Assembly: GCF_006345805.1 (NCBI RefSeq)
Contig: NC_042999.1
Coordinates: 1,736,001 to 1,800,000, forward strand
Direction of reading: 5' to 3'
DNA length: 64,000 nt
Source: Octopus sinensis
Lineage: Eukaryota
The notes beneath the pieces were generated by a model. The model ran no database searches. It saw nothing but the letters and a program-made list of their open reading frames with translations, and was not told the DNA's origin. Below are positions 26,300 to 38,835 of this stretch, in pieces. The translations under genes were made by a program, and so were the position numbers. Each line of letters starts with the position of its first letter. The first letter of the stretch is position 1.

Positions 26300-26501
26300 A
26301 TACAAAACAAAACAACGAAAATAACAACAATAATAATAACAATAACAATAATAATAACAATACTACTACTTATGATAATAATAATAACAATACTAATAAT
26401 AATAGTAACAACAATAATAATAACAATAATAATAACAACAATAATAATAATAATAATAATAATAAAAATAACAACAACAGCAATAATGATAATAATAATA
26501 A

Positions 26502-26552
<51 letters not shown>

Positions 26553-26852
26553 TGATAATAATAATAATAAAAATAATAATGATGATAATAATGATAATAA
26601 TGATGATGATGATGATAATAATAATAACGATAATAATAATAATAATAACAATAATAAAAATAAAAATAAAAATAATAACAACAACAACAATAATAATATT
26701 AATAATAATAATAATAATAATGATGATAATAATAATAATAATAATAATAATAATATCAACAATAATAACAATAATAATAACAACAATAATAAAAATAACA
26801 ACAACAAAAACAATAATAATAATAATAATATTAATAATAATAATAATAATAA

Positions 26853-26896
<44 letters not shown>

Positions 26897-26900
26897 ATAA
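26300..26900. repeat. (AAT)n/(AAC)n microsatellite ending in (AGT)n
   Basis: Source of the poly-Asn/Ile/Leu ORFs. Confidence 0.95.
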
Positions 26901-27422
26901 AAATGATAAAAGAGTGACTAGACAAAGAAGGAAGTGTGTTCTGTGAATCTGTGTGTCTTCGTTTCAGTCTGAAATACTTAGCATTGTCTTGAAGACCATT
27001 AAAAACTTTGTTATGGGATGTTTATCACTTCCTGCAGAAATTCTTGCAAACATTATGGCGAATCAGAGTTCTGAGAGACTTCTCCAATGACAGTTTCACA
27101 AATATTCTATACACCAGAGAAAATGACTTTGTGTGTGTGTGTGTGTACACAGGAAAATAATGCACACGCGTGCATACACACATAGAGGTGCACCAATATA
27201 TGTGTGCAACATGTGTGTGCGTGTATACGTATATATTTGTGTATATAAATCTGTGCTTATATATATGTGTGTGTGTATGTGTGTGTGTGTGAATGTTTGT
27301 GAATAACTATGTTTATCTGTGTACATCCATATATATACATATGTGCGTGTGTGTATGTGTGTATATATATATGTAAATATAAATTATATACATATATATG
27401 TGTATATAGGTGTGTGTGTATG

Positions 27423-27464
<42 letters not shown>

Positions 27465-27490
27465 TATGTGTATATAGGTGTGTGTGTATG

Positions 27491-27533
<43 letters not shown>

Positions 27534-27534
<1 letters not shown>

Positions 27535-27640
27535 TCTGACTGGCCTGGTGCAGCCTTCGGGCTTGCCAGACCCCAGTTGAACCGTCCAACCCATGTTAGC
27601 ATGGAAAGCGGACGTTAAACGATGATGATGATGATGATGA

Positions 27641-27683
<43 letters not shown>

Positions 27684-27900
27684 ATCATCGTTTAATGTCC
27701 GCTTTCCATGTTAGCATGGGTTGGACAATTTGACTGAGGTCTGGCGAACCAGATGGCTGCACCAGGCTCCAGTCTTGATCTGGTAGAGTTTCTACAGCTG
27801 GATACCCTTGCTAATGCCAACCACTCCAAGAGAGTAGTGGGTGCTTTTACGTGCAACTGGCACAAGAGCCTGTCAGGCGGTACTGGCAATGGCCATGGAA
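27534..27900. mobile_element. Two RTE-tail copies, tail-to-tail (27534-27645 +, 27682-27900 -), around (TA)n
   Basis: Both contain CCCATGTTAGCATGGAAAGCGGAC in opposite orientations. Confidence 0.75.
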
Positions 27901-28834
27901 ATATATATATATCTACACATACATATCTCTACATATGCAGACACACGCTCATACACACACAGTCTCATACACACAAACACATGTGTATTATTATAGTGTT
28001 ATCTCTACATATATTTTTGTATATATGCAGCATTATATCTATAAATATATATACATATATATATATACATATATATCTGATTTTCAAACCTATTTATCTA
28101 ATGTTTATTTATCGACAATGCCGTCCCCAGTCAAATTCCCTCACACCGCTTATTGTCACGTGTCCCTTGACCTCTCTCTCTAACTAACCCTATCTCTCTC
28201 TCTCTATGTCCCCCCTTCCCATAACCATCATCGCCATGGTTCTCTATGCCCCCCCCTTCCCAAAACCATCATCGCCATACATAAAAGAGCGATCGCATTT
28301 ATCGTTAACCCCACTCGCTTCAAAATATCTAAAGAATACGCACAGATCATGAATGGCTAAAAGTTAAGTGAATCGTCCAACCTCGCTATGACTACCTTCT
28401 TTCTTGCACTTATTCTTATTCTTTCTCTATTCTTCAATTTCCATCTCATTGTATTGTCCCTCACTCTTTCAGTATTCCCTCATTACCCTGTCTAGCTCAA
28501 ACATTTTTTTTTTTTTTTTATTTTCGTTTAGACTTGTCTCCAGGTTCATAGCCACTCTGATTTTTCAATTTTTCAATTTTTCGTTTAGTATTGTCTCCCG
28601 ATTCATACAAACCCATTTGCTAGCTCATACGATTAACAGAACCTCTTTACTCAGCTACGGTGCACCCGCCCTCCCACCCCCACCACGCATGCCGGAAGTT
28701 CCTATTCTCTGCCATTCCGGGGTTGCTTCCCATGAAGACTGCAAATGCTCTCACCATCCCTACCCCTCCCTACCCCTAGTCTCGACCTATGTAAGGTAAT
28801 GTTCATACAGTGCAAAATATGAAAGGCTAGCGTT

Positions 28835-31800
28835 ATGCAGGTTGTACTGAAGGCTACTTTACTACTTCATTTCTTGCACATGAATTCTGCCAAATGCGAG
28901 CTTTCTTTTCAGGTACATGAAGCTACTGTCCACCGTCCCAGAGTCTCTAGAGCCCATGCCTTCCACACCCTCAGGGTTGGCACCCTCAACGTTGGCACTC
29001 TGAAAGGTAGGTCTGGTGAGATAGTCGAGATGCTTGAACGGAGATGTGCGGATATATGTTGCATGCAAGAAATAAGGTGGAGAGGAGGAACAGCTAGCTT
29101 CCTCACAGGCAAGGAACGCAGGTACAAGATTTTCTGGGCAGGGAACACTGACGGGGTTGGTGGCGTGGGTATACTTATCGCTGAGAAATGGGTAGATAAA
29201 GTAATTGAGGTAATCAGAGTAAGTGACAGAATACTTAAGATTAGATTAGTGCTTCACCATAGTTTAGCAACCATTATATCAGCCTATGCTCCTCAGTCGG
29301 GGCTACCCGATGGACAGAAAGACCGATTCTATGACACTCTACTGCAGACTACCTCATTGACGAACGACAGAGACCTTATCTTTGTAGCTGGTGACTTCAA
29401 TGGTCACGTTGGATGACATGATGGGGGCTTCCATGGCGTACATGGAGGCTATGGCTATGGCTCCCGCAACGAGGAGGGAACCAGGCTGCTGGAGTTCTGC
29501 GATGCAATAATCTTATGATTTGCAACACTAACTTCAGGAAACCTACCAGCCACCTAGTCACTTACCAATCGGGCCAACATACCAGCCAATTGACTACATC
29601 CTTACAAGGCAAAGGGAGAGATGGCTGCTTATAAATGCCAAAACCTTCCCAGGTGAAGAATGTACCCCACAACATAGACTGGTAGTTAGTGACTTTAGGA
29701 TCAGACTAGGAGGACAACCAGAAGACGACAAATATGGAGAAGAAGTCTGGAAGCTTAAAGATCCTGCAAATGGACAGAGATTTAGGGACATATTACTTGA
29801 AGCCTCTGACGAAGTAGAAGGGGATAGAGCATCACAGGGGTAGAAGACAGCTGGACGTTTCTAAGGGACAACCTGCTGAGAGCCACTGACCAGATCTGTG
29901 GCTGGTGCAAAGTCCCCTCTCGACCTAGAATAACGTGGTGGTGGAACAATATTGTAGACAGGGCTATTAGAGAAAGAGACAGGCTTGGAAGGTCTGGAAA
30001 AATGGGGGTAGCAGGGAATTGTATCAGACTGCCAAAAGAGAAGCTAGGAGACAGGTTTATTTTAGCCAGAGGGGAAGCAGATAAGAAAAAATTTGCCAAT
30101 GTTCTGCTCCGTGAGGACCAAAGACTGGAGGTGTTTCGTGTTGCAAGACAGTGTGTGAGAGAGAATCGTGATGTGGTAGGAGAGAAGTGTGTTCGCATGG
30201 AAGATGGTTCACTTGCGCTAATGGGGATGCAAAGAGAGAGGTTTGGAGATGCCACTATGAAAGGTTGCTGAATGAAGAAAATGAATGGGATAAAGAGAGT
30301 CTGCCGAATGTTGACCCAACAGAGGGACCAGCTATCCGAGTTGATAGTTCCGTGGTAGCTAAGGCAATTAGAAGCATGAAGACAGGGAAAGCCCCAGGCC
30401 CATCAGGAATCACTGCTGAGATGCTCAAAATGTCTGGTAGTGTCGGCTATAGCCTAGTCACCCATATAGTTAATCAGGTGATACACAAAGGGGTCATACC
30501 CAATGACTGGTGTAGCAGTATAATAGACAACTGCTACAAAGGTAAAGGTGATGCCCTAGATACAAATAACTACAGAGGTATCAAGCTGTTGGACCAGGTG
30601 ATGAAGGTTACGGAGAGGGTCATAGCCCACTAATTAGAGAAGAGTTTTAGTTTAGATGAGATGCAGTTTGGTTTGTGCCAGGGAAAAGTACTACTGATGC
30701 TATATTCCTGGTAAGGCACTGCAGGAAATACCTAGCCAAGATAAGCCCTGTACCTGGCTTTTGTTGACATGGAGAAAGCCTTCGACAGGGTCCCCCGATC
30801 CCTTATCTGGTGGGCAATGAGAAACTAGGGATAGATGAATGGTTAGTGAGAGCTGTGCGGGCCATGTATAGGGACGCCGCTAGTAGGGTGAGGGTTGGAA
30901 ATGAGTACAGTGAAGAATTCCGGGTAGAGGTAGGGGTCCACCAAGGCTCAGTACTCAGCCCCCTCCTATTATCATAGTCCTCCAGCAATAACGGAGGATT
31001 CAAGACAGGATGCCCTTGGGAGCTCCTCTATGCTGATGACCTTGCTCTAATTACTGAGTCGCTATCAGAACTGGAGGAGAAGTTTCAGGTGTGGAAACAA
31101 GGATTATATCGAAGGGCCTCAGAGTCAATCTAAGCTAAAACCAAAGTCGTAATCAGTAGGAAGGTAGACAAATCACAAACACCTTCAGGTAGATGGCCCT
31201 GCTCGATCTGTAGAAAAGGTGTAGGTAGAAACTCTATAAGATGCACCAAGTGTAAGCTATGGACACATAAGAGATGCAGCATGTCAAAGGAAGGCTAACT
31301 AGGAAGATGGTTTTTGTAATGTGGCAGATGCTCAGGAACAATAAACACTGAAAATGCTCTGAGACCAACTTCCGTCACTTTCCAGGGAGAAAAACTAGAA
31401 ATAGTTGATAGTTTCCGTTACCTAGGTGACCAAGTCAGCAGCGAGGGGCTGGGTGCTGAAAGTGTAACTGCTAGAGTAAGATAGCTTGGGCAAAGTTCAG
31501 AGAGCTCTTACCTCTGCTGGTGACAAAAGGCCTCTCGCACAGAGTGAAAGGCAGACTGTATGATGCGTGTGTACGAACAGCCATGCTACATGGCAGTGAA
31601 ACATGGGCCGTGACTGCTGAGGATATGCGTAAGCTCGCTAGAAATGAAGCCAGTATGCTCCGATGGATGTGTAATGCCGGTACTCACACTCGGCAGAGTG
31701 TAAGTACCTTGAGAGAAAGCTGGACCTAAGAAGCATCAGTTGTGGTGTGCAAGAGAGACGTTTGCGCTGGTATGGTCATGTGGCGAGAATGGATGAAGAT

Positions 31801-31983
31801 AGTTGTGTGAAAAAGTGCCACACCCTAGCGGTTGAGGGAACCTGTGGAAGAGGCAGACCCAGGAAAACCTGGGACGAGGTGGTGAAGCACGACCTTCGAA
31901 CTTTAGGTCTCACTGAGGAAATGACTAGAGACCGAGACCTCTGGAAGTGTGCTTTGCGCGAGAAGACCCGGCAGGACAAGTGA
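28835..31983 (+). pseudogene. RTE ORF (APE endonuclease + RT with embedded PHD-type finger), disrupted
   Basis: Continuous homology across ORF fragments 28835-29416, 30187-30633, 31520-31729 and 31747-31983. In-frame TGA at 29414-29416 and multiple 1-nt frameshifts. Confidence 0.9.
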
Positions 31984-32596
31984 GTCCACAACCCGTGGCC
32001 TTCTACATGGGATGGAGCCAGCCTACGTATGCATACCTTCCCTTCTTGGGACACAAAAACTCTACTTGTGAAGACGTGTTGAGGCAAGTGAGGATCAGAA
32101 TCGAAATCGATCAATGGAAATTGCGGATGTGCTACCAGTGCCGGTGGCATGTCGAAACTCTGCTTGTGAAGACCCATTGAGGCAAGTGAGGATCAGAATC
32201 GAAATCGATCAATGGAAATCGATCAATGGAAATTGCAGATGTGTTACCAGTGCCGGTGGTATGTAAGAGAACTTTCCGTTTCGCGACCGTTGCCAGCACT
32301 GCCCCGTTTCGTGTCCGTTGCCAGCTTCGCCTGGCCCTCGTGCCGGTGGCACATAAAAAGCACCATCCGTTCGTGGCCGTTTGCCAGCTCTGTCTGGCAC
32401 CAGTGCGGGTGGCACGTAAAAAGCACCCACTACACTCACGGAGTGGTTGGCGTTAGGAAGGGCATCCAGCCGTAGAAACACTGCCAGATTTGACTGGGCC
32501 TGATGAAGCCTTCTGGCTTCACAGACCCCAGTAGAACCGTCCAACCCATGCTAGCATGGAAAACGGACGCTAAATGATGATGATGATGATGATGAT
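28835..32596 (+). mobile_element. Near-full-length RTE-clade LINE, inactivated
   Basis: APE endonuclease motifs (LRVGTLNVGTL, DICCMQEIRW, SAYAPQ, AGDFNGHVG, QIDYIL, QHRLV). RT motifs (KAPGPSGI, YKGKGD, NYRGIKL, GVHQGSVLSP, LLYADD at 31029-31040, FRYLG). C-terminal RLRWYGHVARM, RGRPRKTW, RDLWK. Stop at 31983, ~600-bp 3'UTR, (GAT)n tail. Confidence 0.95.
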
Positions 32597-33299
32597 ATGT
32601 GTGTATATCTATCTATCTATCTATCTAAATATCTATCTATCTCTCTTTCTCTTTCTCTCTCTCTCTCTCCACGTATGTATGTATATATCTATGTGTGTGT
32701 GTATACATATATATATATATACATAAATATATGTACATATGTGTATGTCTGTGTGTGTGTATAAATGTAAAAAAACACGAACACACATATATACAGAAGT
32801 AGTAAATTACAATTAATCCAAATCCCATCTCACAGATGATGATCAGATCCTTAGTTATCAGTTTGGTCATTTTTATTCCAACACCGATCCTGTCTTCTTT
32901 ATGGAAGCCAACATTTTAACAGATGCTTCAACACTCTCTTTTAATCTTAATGATTAAAGCAATGCCTCTGCATTTTATATACACCCAGTACTTTTTTAAA
33001 TAAAAATTTTTCTTCATTGATTAAATTTATGCATTATTCAACAAGCATGTTCATATATTAAAACATACACGTGTATAAGCATATATACACACACGTATAT
33101 AGGAAGTTTAGTGTGAAGGAATAATGATTTGGAATCTAGACAGACACTTTATGACTACCCTAATATAATCCAGGTTCTCGTTAACCACATGACTGATAGG
33201 GAATGCATAAAATTGTTTAAGGTAAATAATTACACGGTACTTCACATGATAAATTCTGAGTTCACTTCTGTGCATTTCACACAGGGTACAGAGTATATG

Positions 33300-33810
33300 A
33301 TCAAGGATAAAGTATATAAAGTACAAATAAAGAACAAAGTATATAAGGTAAAATAAAGTACAAAGTATATAAAGAACAATAAAGTACAAAGTATATAAAG
33401 TACAATAGATAAAGTACAAAGTATCTAAAGTACAATAGATAAAGTACAAAATATATAAGGTACAAAGATAAAGTACAAAGTATATAAGGTACAAAGATAA
33501 AGTACAAAGTATATAAGGTACAAAGATAAAGTACAAAGTATATAAAGTATAATAAAGTACAAAATATATAAAGTGCAATATATAAAGTACAAAGATAAAG
33601 TGCAATAGATAAAGTACAAAATATATAAGGTACAATAGGTAAAGTACAAATTATATAAAGTACAAAGTGTATAAAGTACAATAAATAAAGACCAAAGATA
33701 AAGTACAAGTATACAAAGTTCAATATATAAAACAGAAAGTATATAAAGTACCATAGATAAAGTACAAGTATATAAAGTAAATAGATAAAGTACAAAGTAT
33801 ATAATCAAGA
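33300..33810. repeat. ~29-bp minisatellite (AAAGTACAAAGTATATAAGGTACAAAGAT)
   Basis: Exact tandem units around 33466-33540, degenerate toward both ends. Confidence 0.85.
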
Positions 33811-34459
33811 ATAATGGAAAATTATCCAACTTCAGAACTTATTTATTACAGGATTCTTCTCATTAAATTCACATAAGATTCCAACCCGACACGTGTTTCT
33901 GCTGCATATGTGTCCTAATGTCCTTTTGTTGTAGCATTTATGAGCATCCAGTTGGTTCAATTGCAGTAGATCTTCATCCAGGGTAGACATATCTGTGCAA
34001 CTTTATTCAAAGTGGTACCCTTTATCCAGGGTAGACGCATCCGTGCAGCTTTATTCGAGGTTGATAAAGTGAGTTTAGCTTCTTAATGTTTCAATGATTT
34101 ACAAATTGTTACGCAAATACAGAGTACATTTGAATAGGCAAGCGACAGATATTGCAGCACATGCCCCTGGATGGGATGCTAGTGAATTGTAGGATTAACT
34201 TCCCAGTTATTGTGGAACTCGGTTACAGCTGAGTGGACTGAAGCCATGTGAAATGAAGTGTTACCGTGACCTTATGATTGTGTGTCGTGGTTGGAGTGTG
34301 TTTGGAAGCCGTGTTTTATCCACCTATGTATGTGGATGAAAAATTTCCAGAATTATTATTAGGAGGAAGTATGATGTGATTTTCCTACGCTCTTCAATAA
34401 CAAACGAAAATATGGTGAAAATTTAATATAAATTTGTGTATTTGTCTGTCACTTATGAT

Positions 34460-34530
34460 CCACACACACACACACAAAAACACACACACAAAAACACACA
34501 CACACACAAACACACACAAACACACACAAG

Positions 34531-34562
<32 letters not shown>

Positions 34563-34607
34563 AAAACACACTCACACACAAACACACACACACAAACACA
34601 CACAAGC

Positions 34608-34640
<33 letters not shown>

Positions 34641-34643
34641 AAA

Positions 34644-34682
<39 letters not shown>

Positions 34683-34882
34683 AAAACACACACAAGCACA
34701 CACACACACACAAAAACACATTCACACACAAACACACACACAATAACACACACACAAAAACACACACAAGCACACACACACAAACACACACACACACAAA
34801 CACACCACACACACACACATACACACACAAACACACACACACAAACACACAAACACACAAACACACACAAGCACACACACAA

Positions 34883-34930
<48 letters not shown>

Positions 34931-35080
34931 TCAAACACACACACACAAACACACACAAACAAAAACACACACAAGCACACACAAGCACACACACAAAAAC
35001 ACACACACACACACACATACACACACACACAAAAACACACACACACACACAAATACACACACACACAAATACACACACAG
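34460..35080. repeat. (CA)n tract punctuated by AAA
   Basis: Source of the HT/CV-rich ORFs. Confidence 0.95.
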
Positions 35081-35955
35081 AAAGACGGGGAGAGAGATTG
35101 GAGGGAGAGCCAAGCATCAAGTGTCACTTCTACATCAGCCGAAAGGAAATCCTCTCCAGTCCGACTATAGCACGGCCTCTCCTAAACTAATTCCTGATAT
35201 TTTATTACCAATATCCATCGAAAGAGAAGATATGTTAACATAGTTATATCGTATTAGTTTTACAATTAATAAATATCCTGCTGTGACTATGTGGTGGGGG
35301 AGATTTTTCCTCGTGGGACACAATAACACAATCCAAAGTTTTGAAACAAATTTCCCATCTAATTTAGAACCGTTATTTCTATTTTTATTTTGAATATATG
35401 AAGCAACCAATTCAACAGTAATAAACTTTAATATATACTAGATACGGACATAAAATATATTTCTAAAGGTCCTTTCTGATGTGTCATTTCTTTCCGCCAT
35501 AACATCCGCAGGGTCAGTAGTGCTTGCTGTTTCTCAGAAATCAAGAATTTGTCTGGTAAATTTAGTTTGCAGAATATATAGAATTCGTTTTACTGAGATT
35601 AATGTTTTTATGTTTATAATGCATTCATTGAAACTTGTAACCTGAAATTTGTAGTCTTTGCTTCTTATGGTCATTCAGAATGCTACTTAGAACTTGCATG
35701 TATGTGTGTGTGTGTGTGTGTGGGTGTGTGTGTGTGTGTATGCAGACATGTCGAATGTAAAATACAGCCCTCGTTATTACATTGTATTTGAGCAAACACT
35801 TCCTGGTACTTCAAACTAGTTCATGTATTATGCATGAGTCCAGTTTACTAAATACCAATAAACACGAGATTAAGTTTTTAAATGCATCAAATGACATTAT
35901 TTTGTATCATCATCATCATCATCATCATCGTTTAACTTCTGCTTTATATATGTAT

Positions 35956-35992
<37 letters not shown>

Positions 35993-35994
35993 CA

Positions 35995-36385
35995 TCATCA
36001 TCATCATCATCATCATCGTCGTCGTCGTTTAATGTCTGCTTTCCATGCTAGCATGGGTTGGACAATTTGACTGAGGTCTGGCAAACCAGATGGCTGCACC
36101 AGACTCTAATCTGATCTGGCAGAGTTTCTACAGCTGGATGCCCTTCCTAATGCCAACCACTCCGTGAGTGTAGTGGGTGCTTTTTACGTGCCACCAGCAC
36201 GAGGACCAGTCAGGCGGTACTAGCAACGGCCATGCTCAAATGGTGCTTTTTGTGTGTCACCTGCACCGGAGCCAGTCCATTGGCAACAACCTCGCTCAAA
36301 TGTTTCTTCACGTGCCACCAGTACAAGTGGTAGTAAGGCGATGCAGGTAATGATCACGCTCGAATGGTGTTTTTAAAGTGCCAGC
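35995..36385 (-). mobile_element. RTE-tail copy
   Basis: Reverse complement of the RTE 3'UTR, with (CAT)n end. Confidence 0.75.
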
Positions 36386-36408
36386 TTGTTACTCTAGAAA
36401 TTTGTTCT

Positions 36409-36796
36409 TTCTTTTACTTGTTTCAGTCATTTGACTGCGGCCATGCTGGAGCACCGCCTTTAGTCAGGCAAATCGACCCCAGGACTTATTCTTTGTAAGC
36501 CTAGTACTTATTCTATCGGTCTCTTTTGCCGAACCGCTAAGTGACGGACGTAGACACACCAAGCAATGCTAGGGAGACAAACACAGACACACAAACACAC
36601 ACACATAATACATATATATATATACATATATACGACAGGCTTCTTTCAGTTTCCATCTACCAAATCCACTCACAAGGCATTGGTCGGTCCGAGGCTATAG
36701 TAGAATACACTTGCTCAAGGTGCCACGCAGTGGGACTGAACCCGGAACCATGTGGTTGGTTAGCAAGCTACTTACCACACAGCCACTCCTGCGCCT
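36409..36796 (-). mobile_element. SINE-A, complete
   Basis: Full head-to-tail match to 658-1072. Confidence 0.85.
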
Positions 36797-36942
36797 ATGT
36801 AAAATAAATATTTTAACAGGGTGTCAATCACACAAAGAACACAGATCAGCAAAATGTTGGGTGCAGGGAACAAAAGGCAGAGGAAAGAGAAGGCAGAAAC
36901 AGGGAAAATGAGAAAACCCTAAGCATGACTAAAATAGCCTTA

Positions 36943-37236
36943 GTGGAGGCACATGACCTAATTGTTAGATCAGTGGACTCGCGGTCAAAGGATCGCAGGT
37001 TCGAATCTCAGACCGGGCTATGTCTGTGTTTATGAGCGAAACACCTAAGCTCCACATGACTCCAGCAGAAGGTAATGGCAAAGTTCTGCTGACTCTTTTG
37101 CCATAACTTTCTCTCACACTTTCCTCCTGCATCTTGCAGCTCACCTGCGACAGACCAGTGGGGAATCCATATTCCAAAGAAACCAGGAAACCGGCCCTTA
37201 TGAGCCAGGTGTGGCTCGAGAAGGAAGAAACAACAA
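36943..37236 (+). mobile_element. SINE-D, tail type 3
   Basis: GTGGAGGCACATGACC head, GGTTCGAATCTC B box and GAGCGAAACACCTAAGCTCCAC core. Distinct tail ...GGAAACCGGCCCTTATGAGCCAGGTGTGGCTCGAGAAGG(AAC)n. Confidence 0.7.
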
Positions 37237-37380
37237 ATTTAGCCTTACAAGAGTATAGTCATCAAAGAAGAACAACTCTCTCTGTTCTAATAGCGATTAC
37301 AATAACACATACAATTCAGATGAAAGGACTAACAATTATACTAAATATACTGACCCCGATGCTTGCATAGTATACTTAGA

Positions 37381-37590
37381 ATTAGATGGCCCGAACACAT
37401 AAGCAATATGGAGTTATGGCAAAGAAGAAATCAAGTTTCGATTAGGAAGCAAATATTTAAGAAAAAGTGGAAGTGGATTGGTAGCATAATTAGAAAAACA
37501 CACCAAATGTAGCGAAAAGTGCTTTAGAGTGGAAACCGGTTGGATATAGAAGGAGAGGCCAAAGAACTCGTGGCGTAGATCGACACATGG
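37381..37590 (+). mobile_element. RTE-type LINE C-terminal fragment (second family)
   Basis: Translates as IRWPEHISNMELWQR.NQVSIRKQIFKKKWKWIG then, after a frameshift, ALEWKPVGYRRRG..KNSWRRS. Confidence 0.7.
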
Positions 37591-38060
37591 CAGAGTATAA
37601 GTACAGAAGCGAAAAATTATGTGACATGGAATTCAATTATAAGTGGCCTATACTCTGCACTGGGGGGGTTAAAGGCAGGGAAAAAATGCTGACCCTGACA
37701 TGGTTAATAATGCAACAACCATAATTTGTATTGTTAGAATATGTAAATTTATGCTAATGTGAGAATGTTTTGTAATATTTATGGTGGCATATGCTAATTA
37801 TGCCAGAGAAGTGATTTAAACTAGATTCACAGCAACACGGTTTACAAGGTCTTCAGCTTCCCCTGTAGAGAATTCCACTACCGATTATGAACCAGGAAAT
37901 GCTGTAGGAAATACCGTCGAGGTTGTGAATACGGGTGGCCAGTGGGGTAGATTGTTTTCCAGTAATACTTGAGAAAGAGCTCTGACGTGCGAAATAACAG
38001 TATTTAAAGTCAATTGTTATACTACATTCGAAATTTACTTTCTTTACCATGATACACACA

Positions 38061-38150
<90 letters not shown>

Positions 38151-38189
38151 GTGTGTGTGTGTGTATATATACATATGTATGCATATATA

Positions 38190-38425
38190 TGGTGGCGAGC
38201 TGGCAGAACTGTTAGCACACTGGATGAAATGCTTAGCGTTATTTCATCTGCCGTTACTACATTGTGAGTTCAAAATCCGCCGAGGTTGACTTTGCCCCGC
38301 ATCCTTTTGGGGTCGATTAAATAAGTACCAGTTATGCACTGGGGTCAACATAATCAACTTAGTCCCTTTGTCTGTCCTTGTTTGTCTCCTCTATATTTAG
38401 CCCCCTGTGGGCAATAAAGAAATAT
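38190..38425 (+). mobile_element. SINE-B
   Basis: GGTGGCGAGCTGGCAGAAC head through GCAATAAAGAAATA. Confidence 0.8.
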
Positions 38426-38495
38426 ATGTATGCATGTGTATGTATATATATATATATATAAGAGCGTTATAGTTTGCTTGAAGCATTGTAATATT

Positions 38496-38767
38496 GAAGA
38501 AATTAAAAGGAGAGAACATAGAAAGCTTCTGACAATGAGGTAAGTATAATAAGACCTTTATATTCCAGGTGCAAAGCTCCATCTTCAGAAGAAAACAATC
38601 TAAGAAAAGTCTAATTATGCAGACCCTGTTAACCCAAATGGAACCAACATAATTGGACTTTTCTCAGATTGTTTTCTTCTTCTGAAGATGGACCTTTGCG
38701 ACTGGAATATAGAGGTTTTATTAAACTTCTTGTCAGAAGCTTTCGATGTTCCCTCTTTTTACCTTCT
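38496..38767. repeat. Imperfect foldback (~120-bp arms, 28-nt spacer)
   Basis: GAAAGCTTCTGACAA...CCATCTTCAGAAGAAAACAATC..AAAAGTCTAATTATG versus CATAATTGGACTTTT..GATTGTTTTC..TTCTGAAGATGG...TTGTCAGAAGCTTTC. Confidence 0.7.
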
Positions 38768-38781
38768 TGTATGAGTGTGTA

Positions 38782-38835
<54 letters not shown>

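Noticed and set aside
32174-32215. GTGAGGA...GAAATCGATC flanked by CCATTG/CAATGG in the RTE 3'UTR
   Set aside because: Core spacing is incompatible with CUGANGA adjacent to stem I, and stem II cannot form in register.
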